Source: Phoronis australis
Taxonomy: Eukaryota > Animalia > Phoronida
Assembly: GCA_002633005.1 (NCBI GenBank)
Contig: NMRA01000599.1
Coordinates: 191,357-255,356, forward strand
DNA length: 64,000 bases
Direction of reading: 5' to 3'
The position numbers were made by a program, and so were the translations under genes. Below the pieces are notes generated by a model. That model was not told the DNA's origin, did not search any database, and was given only the letters and a program-made list of their open reading frames with translations. Positions 37,340 through 48,551 of this stretch are shown here, one piece after another. The number at the start of each line of letters is the position of its first letter. The first letter of the stretch is position 1.

Positions 37340-39900
37340 TTCTGCAAAGCAATGAACATAGTGAAAACACTTTGCGATGAACCCGGTACTTGCAAAGATT
37401 GCAACGGTGACTTCGACATCAGTGAAGTCAAGTCAGGAAAAGAAAATTGTGTCAAACGAGATGGGCAGATCAGAGTCATCTCCACAAAGCAGGTTATTGA
37501 AGACGCCAAGGATGTTTTTACAGGAGTTGGGAAACTGAAGGACTATAAGTATAAAATTCAGATAGATGATACTGTCCCACCAGTGGTATGCCCTCCAAGA
37601 AGAGTACCACCTGCTGTCAAAAACAACTTCTGATGGAACTCAACCGTATGGAAGAGCTTGGAATTATCAAGAAGCAGCAGGAAGCCACGCTCTGGGTAAA
37701 CAGCCTAGTGTGTACCCCAACACCGAACGGCCAGCTAAGGGTGTGTCTTGATCCTAAACCGTTAAACAGGGCTGTGAAAAGACCCCACCATTACACTCCT
37801 ACCTTGGAGGAAGTAATAACGCAGCTAAATGGGTGCAGGTATTTCTCGGCACTAGATCAGTCATGTGGATACTGGAATATTGAGATCCATCCACAGAGTG
37901 TTCCCTTGCTTACATTTAACAGTCCCTGATGATATCTTGATTGCAACACAGACGAGACGTGATCATGACATTGCCCTGAATCACGTCATTCCGCGCTGCA
38001 GAGAGTCAGGATTCCGGTTGAATCCGATGAAAGTAAAGATACTTCCGGCAGAGATTTGTTACTTTGGCCACGTACTTATACCAGAAGTCGTTACGCCAGA
38101 TCCTAAAAAGTTGGATGCTAATGGGAGAATAGCACCTCCTGACAACAAGCTTGAATTACAGTCCTTGGCTGCTTTACGTACCTTGGCAAATTTATCCCTA
38201 ACTTGTCTGCTAAGACTTATGAGCTAAGACGACTGTTGAAAAAAGACAACGATTTCACGTGGACCGATCAACACACACAGATGCTGAATAGCTTGAAAGA
38301 ATGTGTCCTTAAAGCGGAGACCCTCCGGTATTTTGATCCAGCTAAGGAGATAACAATTGAATGCGATGCCTCACTAAAGGGAATGGGAGCTTGTTTGACT
38401 CAAGAGGGCAGGTCAATTAATTTTGCATCAAGAAGCCTGGCAGATGCAGAAACCAGGTATTCAAATATATATAGAAAGAGAGAGCTGCTGGGCGTTGTGT
38501 GGACAGTCTTGCATTACAAGCAGTATGTCTACGGACAAAAGTTTACAGTCCACACAGACCACCAGCCGTTAAAAGCTATCTTCAAGAAAGACATTCACAG
38601 CATACCCCCACGGCTGCAACGTATGAACCGAATGTTGCAAGGGTATGAGATAGAAGTTGTTTATAAGAAAGGAAGTGAGATGCATGTCCCAGATTGTTTG
38701 TCAAGGTGTGTTCCGCTTAGACCCAAGCAAGTGCCAGTTTTACCAGATATCACCACCATTGGAATTCTTGAGGTGAACACTACGACTGGATCAGACATTC
38801 AAAAGATACGAGCTGAAACTTCCAAAGACCCAGTTTTGATGGCATTGTTGTCATTTATTAAAAAAGGGTGGCCCGAGCATAAGAACCAAATGCCAGACCA
38901 AACCATGGCTTACTGGAATTACAGACATGATTTAGCATGAATAAATGGGGTTTTAATCCGAGGATGCAGGATAGTTATTCCCCAAATAATGAGAGGATAC
39001 TTCTTGAAGAGACTACATCGAGCACAGCAAGGAGTGCAGAAAACCATTGAGAGCCCGAGAAAAGTTCTTCTGGCCTGGTATGATGGAACAGATAAAGCAA
39101 ATGATTCTTACTTGCCCAGAATGTCTGGAAAATCAACCAAAGCAAAAAGCCAATACAGTCATCCCCGTTACGACTACCATGCCCATGCAGATCGTAGGAC
39201 TGGATGTTTTCCATCACAAACAGAAGACATATTCGTGCATTGTCGACTATCACACAGGTTTTCCTTGGATATATAAGGCACTTGAAAACTCAAGATGCAG
39301 CCAGCATCGTGGAGCACGTAAAAGAGACATGCAACGAGTTCGGGTATCCAACACAGATTGTTAGTGACCAAGGCACGCAGTATATGAGTGAAATGTTCCA
39401 GGAAATGTGTATGCAGTATAACATTACCCACACGCCTGCTACACCCCACTCACAGTGGCAGAATGGTAGATGCGAGAGAACGTTAGGAAAGTTAAAATTA
39501 CTCATGGAGAAGTCAAAGAATGATGACATGGCAATAGACGATATTTTTTGATAATACGAGATACCCCGATCAGCCAGAGCATCCCTTCCCCGTTTGAGCT
39601 GATGTTCTACAGGAAAGTCAAAACAGACTTGACATGCATTCCCTTATACATGTTGGATACAGCTCTTTCTGAACAGGCTGGTCAGCGTTCAGTCCTATAC
39701 GCTGAAGCGAAGACCAAGTCGACTGAGAAGCGGTCCCTGTCCGCTAGAGGAAAGCCAACCCGTGTCATTCCTCAAGAACCCCTCAGATCGGCCTAATAAG
39801 TGGTCACGCGGGGTTGTGACATCTGTGGATGGGGAAAGGTCATACGCGGTCCTAGACAGTCAGCCTGGAGGAGAATACCAAAAAGAGGGTGCACATAAAA
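37340..39900 (+). pseudogene. Gypsy pol: RT, RNase H, integrase (stops, frameshifts, internal deletion)
   Basis: WVNSLV...LRVCLDPKPLN, FSALD..GYW (RT; TFNSP is joined directly to DDILIA, so the PFG block is deleted); ECDAS..GMGA, YSNI..ELL, TDHQPL (RNase H); LHRAQQG...C..C, VDY, SDQGTQY, QNGRCER (integrase). Confidence 0.92.
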
Positions 39901-40229
39901 CCAGTGTCAGAGGTCCCGTTACAAGATCCCCTAGAGGAGCCGAGGGAGGCGACTAGAAAATCTAACAACCGCGACAACAAAGCTGTACCTGTTGCTAAAC
40001 CTTCAGCAGATGTTCCGTTACAGGACCCCGCAGAGGGGACGTGGGACACCGCTAGAGCACTTGATAATATAATCGCGACAACGAAGTCACACCTCTTGCT
40101 GAACCCTCAGCCCGTCCTAGGCGAGAGATTAGATTTCCTGAGCGTTACAAGGATTTTGTTCTTAATTCGAAACACTTAGACGTTTTGTACACCATTGTAG
40201 TTCATTAGTTTTTTAGTTCTTGTTTTGTT

Positions 40230-40240
40230 AAGAGGGGAGG
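40230..40240 (+). promoter_or_regulatory. Polypurine tract
   Basis: aagaggggagg immediately before the 3' LTR TG at 40241. Confidence 0.85.
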
Positions 40241-41732
40241 TGTCGCATACCCGATATTGAACATCACGTTCACGATGACGCGTTTTAGCAGAACGCTCTC
40301 TGATTTGGAATGTTATGTTTGTAGTTAAATATACTCGGGTACCCAATGGTCGTCTCCTATAGCATGAAACCGGCTTGTTGTCGAACTTACCCAATTATTC
40401 CACTTCAAAGTTATGCTCTGAATGAGATTTGATTTAACTCTCACAAATATATAGTATTCGTTGATTCAAAAGCTTTCTTTTATTTATGCCGAGGTGTTTG
40501 AACTGTGCATTGCTTTTCGGCAGCCATTTTATAATGACTCCTATGGTCGTCATATGCTGCTGCCTTTTGAAGGAACAGAAAACCACACAGAAAAAGGCCA
40601 AGAAAATAGTGGAAAGTGGTTTACAACAATTCTAGTTCAACCACACACTATTTTACTGGCATGATATCAATTTTTAAATCGATTAAAGTTGATTCAGAAT
40701 TTCAGTTCTGGAAAATAAATCGTCATTTTTGTTTTATTCCAGATAGACCTTACTTATTTTCTATTCGTGACCTCTTTATTTGACTTTTTGCTCTTGTTGT
40801 TCTCAATACCACTTACCTATGCTGTCTGTCTTTTTCTTTCCAGTTTTTCTTCATTCTCTTTTAACATCTTGTCAGCCAAAACAGAAGTGTAACCCTTTGA
40901 CACTTGGTCGGCGGATGTTGATCATTGAGCCTCGATGCAGTTGTTCTAACAAATTACCCAATATCATGTTGCTTGATTTTTTCTTACCTTCAACAGACTT
41001 CTGCATAAATGAATAAATAAATAAATACCCAAGTTGCATTTGCATTTTATTGCTCAACCTCTTCTTTTATTTTTAGTCATGCTGTGTTGTATGTAACAAT
41101 GCAATATAGTGAAATAAAGTTAATGTTTTACTTTATTGTTAACCACTCTCTATCAGTTCAAGTATTTTAATTTTCTTCAAATAAATCCAAAATGCCTGAA
41201 CCAAAAAGTTCAACGTAAATGTTGAGCTCAGAACTGTGTTTTGCAATAAAAAAACAAGTGGACAATATCATAATTTTGATGACCAAGGCGTGGGCCGAAA
41301 GTGTTAAGTACCCAGCTTGTTGCATTTGTCTGCTGCGTTTTTCCTTTGACCTAACAGGTGTCGGTTGGTGCCTGGGACAAATGGATACATTGCATAAACA
41401 ATAACTGGGTTGGTTTTTGTTCCGTCTGAAGAAAATTCAATTTCGAAAATATCTTCTGAAAATGAACAAAAAAGTGCATTAGTAAAATCTACAAGTTTTT
41501 AAGTGGTCTCAAAAAACAGTCGATAAATGCACCGATTTTCGTCTCAGTTCTTCCATGCGTGTTTCTCCCGAGAGGTTAGTACCTAACGGGAAGACGAGCA
41601 CTCTAGATTGGAACGTGGCTGCGCTGCACGTGAAAGAAGATGGCGGAAGACCATTGGAGCCTGACGACGATAGGTATCCCGACTATATAAGTGGAATACA
41701 TTTATTAATATGTCTTTTATCTTAATTTTACA
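40241..41732 (+). repeat. 3' LTR split into 40241-40333 and 41684-41732
   Basis: Both pieces align consecutively to the 5' LTR. Confidence 0.85.
40334..41683. mobile_element. ~1.35-kb non-coding TIR element inserted at TA in the 3' LTR
   Basis: Left ta-ctcgggtacccaatggtcgtc versus right (reverse complement) ta-gtcgggatacctatcgtcgtc; absent from the 5' LTR. Confidence 0.7.
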
Positions 41733-41751
41733 CAAACTATACGATATTTTG

Positions 41752-41813
41752 CATGGGCGGTGCACCATAAGGCCGGGCTGGGGGGGGGGNACTCCAATGG
41801 TGCGCCGCCCATG
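41752..41813. mobile_element. Small CATGGGCGG-type MITE
   Basis: catgggcggtgcacca / tggtgcgccgcccatg inverted ends. Confidence 0.65.
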
Positions 41814-41814
41814 T

Positions 41815-42295
41815 CTCGGCGGCGTCTTCCCGGACGCCATGAAGTACCCTCGTTTCACCGATCGGCTGCCGGAATTCAGGAGAGGTCCCCTCAGGTACGA
41901 ATCTGCCCGCAATCATGATAGCCCGCCGAATCGCCACTGACACCAGTCTAGTATGACGACGTCTCATAGTTAACAGCTGCCCGGCCGTCACACTCCCTGC
42001 AATTAACCGCCCCCACTCGCCGAGAGCTACTACAACCCCTGATTGCAATACACGGTGAATTAAGGCGTGCCCCTTAATTTGTGCGGCCGGGCCGGGGCGG
42101 GCTCAGTACTGAGGCCGCCTGCCGAGGAGGCTGCCGGAGCCGAAATGAAGGCCGCGCCCCGGCTTCGCCGGCATTTTAATTGTGTTGCTAATACTCTCAG
42201 CAAACAGGCGTTGTGTAACCAAGCCCAAACATGAAATGCTGATCCGTACCCCACCAAACCGCCGAGTTCAACGCGGCGCCCGCCAGTCACTGGGA
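41815..42295. other. GC-rich, self-complementary non-coding island (unidentified)
   Basis: 283/480 G+C (59%) over 41821-42300 in an AT-rich background; several nested helices; no recognisable ORF. Confidence 0.5.
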
Positions 42296-42319
42296 CATGT
42301 AACCTGGTTCCCGGGCCTC

Positions 42320-42600
42320 ACAAGATGACGTCACGGATAACTTGTGAAGGCCCAGGTACAGGGCATTTTCACGAAAGACGTCGCTCTAGTCGGTTGGCCA
42401 CACGCAGTGTTGGCGTACGTAGTAAATGAGGTACAGGGCACTAGAACGATGGTTTTCATTCAGTCAGCTGGCAATTTTTAACCAGGAAGTTGACGTGCGC
42501 ATGCTTATATCCGGTAATACGTTATCAGGTCGCTAGGTGTCGCGAGAGTAAAAGTTAATTTTGGGTTGCGTTTGCGGTCGAACACTCTGTTGAGGTAGCT
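42320..42600. promoter_or_regulatory. CpG-rich promoter-like region
   Basis: CRE TGACGTCA (~42326), ETS CAGGAAGT (~42483), NRF1-like GTGCGCATGC (~42495), TCGCGAGA (~42540). Target gene not determined (ITIH-like gene is a candidate). Confidence 0.4.
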
Positions 42601-42607
42601 GTTTATA

Positions 42608-42673
42608 TAGGCAATGATCATCACCTCTGTTGGCCTGACCAGTCAGGCCAACAGAGGCGATGGTCATTGCCTA
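42608..42673. mobile_element. 66-bp hairpin mini-element with 9-bp TSD
   Basis: taggcaatgatcatcacctctgttggcctgac-ca-gtcaggccaacagaggcgatggtcattgccta flanked by ctgtttata (42599-42607, 42674-42682). Confidence 0.82.
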
Positions 42674-42834
42674 CTGTTTATATTGTTATTTTATCAACAA
42701 AGTGAGCTGAAATTCACGTAATTATCGATTCCTTATTATGAAAATAAATTTGAATTAACAATGGCTTCACTCTTTTCACTTGGCTTTTTCAGTTTCAAAA
42801 TTGAACGCTTTTTATGAATTGAAAACGTCTCTTG

Positions 42835-42989
42835 CAGGGGCGGATCGCGGATTTTGAGTTGGGGGGAGGGGGCAGGGGTATTTTGACCATCAGACATTCA
42901 CACCCCAAACTGCCAAATTGAATCTGGGAGAAGTTTAGGCAGGGCCATGGCCCTCTTGCTGCCCCCCCACCCCCCTAAATCCGTCACTG
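42835..42989. mobile_element. CAGGGGCGGAT-type MITE
   Basis: Colinear with 13400-13554. Confidence 0.75.
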
Positions 42990-44309
42990 TACAGTGTTAC
43001 AGTAGACACAGTATTCACTCCCTTGAACACCACAATTTTCGACCCTTCAGGTAGCCACTATTCTCGAGCTATACCCCTCCCCACGTTGCCATAATTTTTC
43101 TTCCCATTTCCCTCTTTGAGGTGCATGGGACCCCACACAACTTGAGGGTTCTAAGCCATTCAGATCATCTTGGGTATATTCGGAGCATTAAAGTTCTCCT
43201 TTAAGGTGAATTTAACCTGCGTGACTTTCAAATTTAGTGAAGAATGATTGGCCATAATGACCAAAAGTTCGAGCATGCACTGAAAACAATTACTTCCAAG
43301 GACATCCAGAACAACTCGGGTGTTTTCATAACCTCAAATTTCACCTAACAGGTGAACGCTTCCTGCATATGTGCGGACTTCAGTTAGCCTATTATTCTCA
43401 AGACTGAAAATCACGTGACTTGCCATATTTTGGATAACGTTCATCTTCGAGAGGATATTTTAGGCTACGAAAATACCCGAAGTATTTCAAAGAAAAATTT
43501 GTAAATAGGAAAATAGCCGAAGTGCTCTAGATGTTCCGAGGGTAAATTTGTAGCTACAAAAATACCCGAGAGGTGTCCCAAATGGGCCCTAAGCTTTAGT
43601 TTTATGATTAATCTGGTACTAGAAGAATTTCTGCCCATTTAGACAGTGACTTAAAAAACATTAGGGTTGTAGTCCGAGGTTTGAAGTTCAATAATAATGT
43701 AGCCTAATGTTTCAAATGCACAATCTTTTCATAAAGGTTAATGCTAACAACTGAATCCTTTCATGGTAATTCTTAAACAGCTGTCTTTTTCACCCATTAA
43801 GCTTGGAAGAAGTCGGCTCAGAGATTCCTGTTATCAAAAATGGGTCTGGGGTCCAAAGTTTTAAAAATACAGTTATCATATTAAAACCCCTTCTGCAGTA
43901 GAAAAAAGATACCATTTGCAGTGTTTTTAACTTCCAGAGTGAAACCTGTTGTATTCATGGAAAAAGTTTGCTTTTTTCAAGCACCATTTTGAAGAGAATT
44001 GTTCGAGAAAAACCACCCAGCTAGGTGTCATGTCCGGTATAAACCTGTGGGAGTATCCCCTGGAATGGTTTTAGGAGGGTACTCTGAAAGCCCAAGGATG
44101 GTGAAATGAGCCCTATCCCTATATACCTAACAAAGTGGGTTGAACATCATGGAAAACACAAGTGCAATTGTTGTTTTCAGAATGCGCTTATCAGATGGTG
44201 TCTTCTGGCTTCCAGATTTCCTTCAAATTAAATTCCCTAAAGTTGCTTTGAATGCGTCTTGTGTGAAAAAGAATAAATTTTGATCTGAACAACTTACCAC
44301 TATATACAA

Positions 44310-44527
44310 GAATTGGAATGACTAAAAGAAGAAAATTTTCCAAGTGATCTATCATTTCACAAATAGGCTTGTGAGATAGAAATATTTTTTGTGTTGTAAA
44401 ATTTAACTGAAATAAATGTTTTTGCATGAATCAAGTCAAAATAATGATAAAAAGAAGCTGGAAATCATAAGAGGAAATGAAAACAAAAATAGGAAATCCT
44501 CTTAAAAGAGGAAAATTCCAAGCCCTG
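44310..44527. mobile_element. MITE, uninterrupted relative of 22446-22805
   Basis: ttggaatga...gaggaaaattccaagccctg, colinear by eye. Confidence 0.75.
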
Positions 44528-46429
44528 TATATATCCCTGTCTCAACTGGTTCCTTAGTGGACTTGGAAGAATTCAAACTTTGTTATTGCTCAAAGCCATG
44601 GTTATTGCACCAAGCAATAACAAACTATCAGTTCAACGGAAGCCAATATGCCACGTGTAATCTCAGTAAGGAACAGTACGAGATCAAGAGTCTAACCACG
44701 AGCACACACGTGAAGATTGACACTGGACACTAGTATCCAAATCCAACTGCTGGACATGCCAATCTTCATTTGAGCAATTGTGATTAGATTTACTAGCTAC
44801 TATTTTGGTCAAAAAAACATTGTTAGTACAAGACCAATCTTATATTGTTACATGGTGATTCTAAAAAGAGTTGGATTAATAGCAGCTTGAAAAATAGTAC
44901 ACTTTGTGTATAAGGAACTTATAACGGGTTCATTTTTTCAATACAGTTTATTACAGATGTTTTCTTATTCTCCACCATGTATTTAAATGCTTTTTGGGCT
45001 AAACAGATTCTAGCCCAGTCTTGTATGGATTCATTTAAAACCCTGAAAAGGGATTATGTGATCATGTTTTGGAATACACCTCTAGAGTGAAGCTTTCAAT
45101 CCAAATCAAACTCGAAATTGTTTTTGTCACTTCTAGTCCACTTTCTTGTGAGTTCAAGATAGTACTTAATGACCACTAGATTCGAACTAAAATTTGAGTA
45201 AAAACTTAAGATTTCTAGTAAAACCTCGAACTCAGACTCAAACTTTTAGCTCTAATGCTGGGATCATTAATTGCCATCAATAAGCACTCAAATATAGAAT
45301 AAAAGACACTTATCTCGAGTTCAAACAAAAGTTGAATAGAAAATAACAAAAAATCTTGAGTAAAAAGTTGAAACCCTGGGCCCAGGTGTTACTTTCATAA
45401 TGGTCTATGCTTTCACAAGGCAGTGAATGTGCAACTTGAGTGGAAGTCGGGTCTTTAATAACCTATTCCCCCAGCACCACTGGTGTAGTCAGAATTATTC
45501 AACAGAGGTTCCCAAACTTGAAATTGCTGGCGACCAATGATTGTGACTGTAATGTGAGGCAACCTGGAGGCACTGCATGAACAAGGGACAGGGGAGCTAG
45601 GCAAGCACAAAACTGAAATGAGTTTCTATCAGGGAAGGGTCTGCAATGAAGAGGGTGTAGTCTTGTTGTGCGCCCTATGGCTATGTTAATGCCCAGACTT
45701 AGTACTTCAGTCTATCTTTAAACTAGACCATATTTCTAATCAATACATCAGAAAAAATAAAGTTCCCAATGTTAGACAAATTTTCTAGCATGTTGTGCGT
45801 TTTGTAGCTTATGAGTGTAATATTTCTAGGAACACATTAATGATGTCACGGTTTTTAATTTTGAGTCAACGTGAGGGTGTTTGCCAGTGAGAATGTTCTC
45901 AAGCATTTCACACTGCCCAACTCTTGCCACGAGGAGGCCCCCTCACTAAGAGTCAAATTTGTAATTTTGAAAAGACCAAAATGTTGACTAAAATTACTGC
46001 TGAATTATGTAGATCATAACCACAAGAATGACACACTAGCATGTTGCTCAAAACACTGAGCAAAGCATAATGGTAATAGTCACATACAGGGGACCTCCAC
46101 TTTGAGAATCAGTGTTTTCTACTGCATAACAAGAACCAGTTTTTCACTGAATAGCAGGCGTTAAAACTTGTTCTCAAAATGCGGATTGCCAGTGAGTGAC
46201 TATTGCCTGGATAACAATCCAACCCACCTAACACACAAGAAACCGTCGATTTGGGTTAAGTGACCCAACTTAAAATCTTTGAAGTGTACCCTGATCTCCC
46301 AATTTTGAAATGTGAGATTTTTTTGCAGCTAGTCATTTCAACCAACCATGTTTTTAAAGTTTGCTTGCTTAGAAAGTCTAACTCCAGGATGCTTTGATTA
46401 CAGTGAACCATAGTAGTTTCTAAATGTTT

Positions 46430-47275
46430 TAGAATGGTTCGGTGTACTTAAACGTCTAGGCAAATTTCTTAATGTCCGTACCCTTAAGACCCTTTACCAT
46501 TGTATTATTCAGCCTCATATTGATTATTGTTTACCGGTTTGGGGGCACACTAGTGACACACTTGTAAACAAAGTCCAAGTAATCCAAAATAGAGCCGCCA
46601 GGGCTATCCTGGGTACTAAAATTAGGGACACTAGGGTTGACGACTTGTACTCCAAGCTGGGATTTATGAAAGTAAGACAAAGAAATAAATATCTCTCTGC
46701 CTGTTGTATATACAGATGTATCAATGGCTTGGCTCCAGCATATCTCAGCAGTAAATTCAATAGCAGTCAGGCTGTTTATTCTACACGTTCTTCTGTTGCT
46801 GGCAATGTTTCTTCTAAAAAAATTAAAACCGAGACTGGCAAGAGATCTTTTATCTATGCAGCTGCTATAATATGGAATTCTTTTAGCCCAGAAATTAAAC
46901 GGTCCAACTCAATTACTACCTTTAAAGTTAATGTTAAAAAGTGGCTGTAATTTACTTAACCTTTTATACCCTGCCTATCTTAATCATGTCATTTTTTCAT
47001 TGTCGTAAATACTCTCATTGTCTAGAGTCATCTCTTAATTTATTTCATCTGTCTTAGTTAACTTTTTACCATTATTTGTCATTTAGTTATTGTCTTAATT
47101 CTCAACCTTAAATGTTTTAATTGTATCTTTGTTACGTATATTTCATTGTTGTTTTATTACTTCATTGTATTATATAAATGTTTTTCTTGTTGAGGGCCCT
47201 CTTGGAAAGCTGTGCTATCACTGAAGAGGCCACCCTCATTTCACATATCACAATAATAAATAAATAAATAAATAA
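46430..47275 (+). mobile_element. 5'-truncated CR1/L2-group (Crack-like) LINE 3' end
   Basis: Open frame GVLKRL...LKTLYHCIIQPHIDYC..VWG...IQNRAARAIL...LAPAYL...YSTR...GKRSF.Y....WN...FK to the stop at 46950; 3' stem-loop gagggccctctt...aagaggccaccctc; (TAAA)n tail. Confidence 0.88.
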
Positions 47276-48551
47276 GGTTTTGCAATTAGACTGAATATAA
47301 TAGATGATTGTTGCAAACTGCAACACTTGACTGTCTTGACATCATGTGAACGTGGAAAGCAAAAAAAATGAAACAGTCGACGAGTTGGGGTCCAGGAGAG
47401 AGACGACATTTGCATAGATTGCATATGACCAAATGTGCCCCTCTGACCAGTGACTCAGGCATTGCAAAAGTCACCATGAACGGGCAAATTTCCAGATAAA
47501 TTCCACACAAAAATATTTACTTTTAGGTTCAAACTGTATAAAATGATCCATTTTTGCACCAAAACCACTGAATGTTTCATATACAACTGAGGCTTCTTGT
47601 GTTAAAAAGAATACAGTCCAGCTTTTTGCTGAAATTCAATTCACTGTAAATAATAACATTGCATAATTTATTTATGTTATCAGAAAAGTTGACTATTCCA
47701 TTGAGGCTCTAACCAAAATGTGCCAACTCACAAAAGGTTTTATCATGCTGATTAATCCTCATTTCACAGCAACAAACACCCTCCGAAATAATTGAACACT
47801 CCGCACGACTGTACGATGGCAGTCATTGCTGAATGGCACCGCCAAAAGTGATAATGTCTGTTGAGTGTTGACAGTGTTGTTGTGGGTGGCCTAGTTTCCT
47901 CCACAAATTATTTCGTAAAAAGTCACATCACTTCAGAATCCAGCCTAGTATACAAGATAATTATCATAAAATGTTTCGTATACGTTACTGGTGATGTATT
48001 CCTTAACTCGTTAGCTTTGAAATGCGGGAGTTTGATGAAAACAGAGAGATTTAAACGGCTGTAAATCCACCGACATTCTTTTTCTGGAAATCGCCATGTT
48101 GGTGAACTAGTTTGACCTATTATGCAACTGACCAATAGAATGCCTTGTTTCTTGAAATCGGAACAGCCAATGATATTCCAAGAATGCGGATGGAAAAGTG
48201 TCCTGTATCAGACCCCAACCAATCTCGTGTGTCTGTGCAGGAGACTATGGGACACGGCCCAAAAAACAGGAAATTCAATTTGCTTTGTTCATCTCACAAC
48301 AGGTAGCACCACATGATTTGTTTTTATCGGACGGTTAGTCATCGGTAAAATCGGTCATTGGCGTCATTTTAAGTTGTTTACGCAGTAGGTAAAACGCTGC
48401 TGCTGAAACAGCCAGACCTAACATGCTAAGTGCTGCATAGATTTGCCGTGACATTTCTCTCAAACTCTCAAGTTTTATCAGCTTGGAAGGTTTGACTGTT
48501 GACTTGAGTCCCGACCGTGCTGAAGTAGCGAGTTGTTTTCATTTGATCAGC

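Larger units (their letters stand above)
34395..41732 (+). mobile_element. Full-length decayed Ty3/Gypsy (Mag-like) LTR retrotransposon
   Basis: TG...CA LTRs at both ends, 5-bp TSD CAAAC (34390-34394, 41733-41737), PBS, PPT, gag with zinc knuckles, pol order RT-RH-IN. Confidence 0.92.

Noticed and set aside
41879-42105. RNase MRP/P RNA (GGAGAGGTCCCC ... CGGGGC)
   Set aside because: P4 pairing has mismatches, and the CR-I and CR-V consensus is poorly met.
42117-42131. HDV-like ribozyme P3/L3 motif GCC-UCCUCGGCA-GGC on the minus strand
   Set aside because: Could not build P1, P1.1 (GG) or P2 pairings around it.
42301-42365. Hairpin followed by ACA (H/ACA RNA)
   Set aside because: No ANANNA hinge; the ends resemble a small AACCT.GTTCCC...GGTAC.GG inverted-repeat MITE.
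41815-42480. Telomerase RNA
   Set aside because: No CTAACCCT-type template on either strand and no convincing box H.
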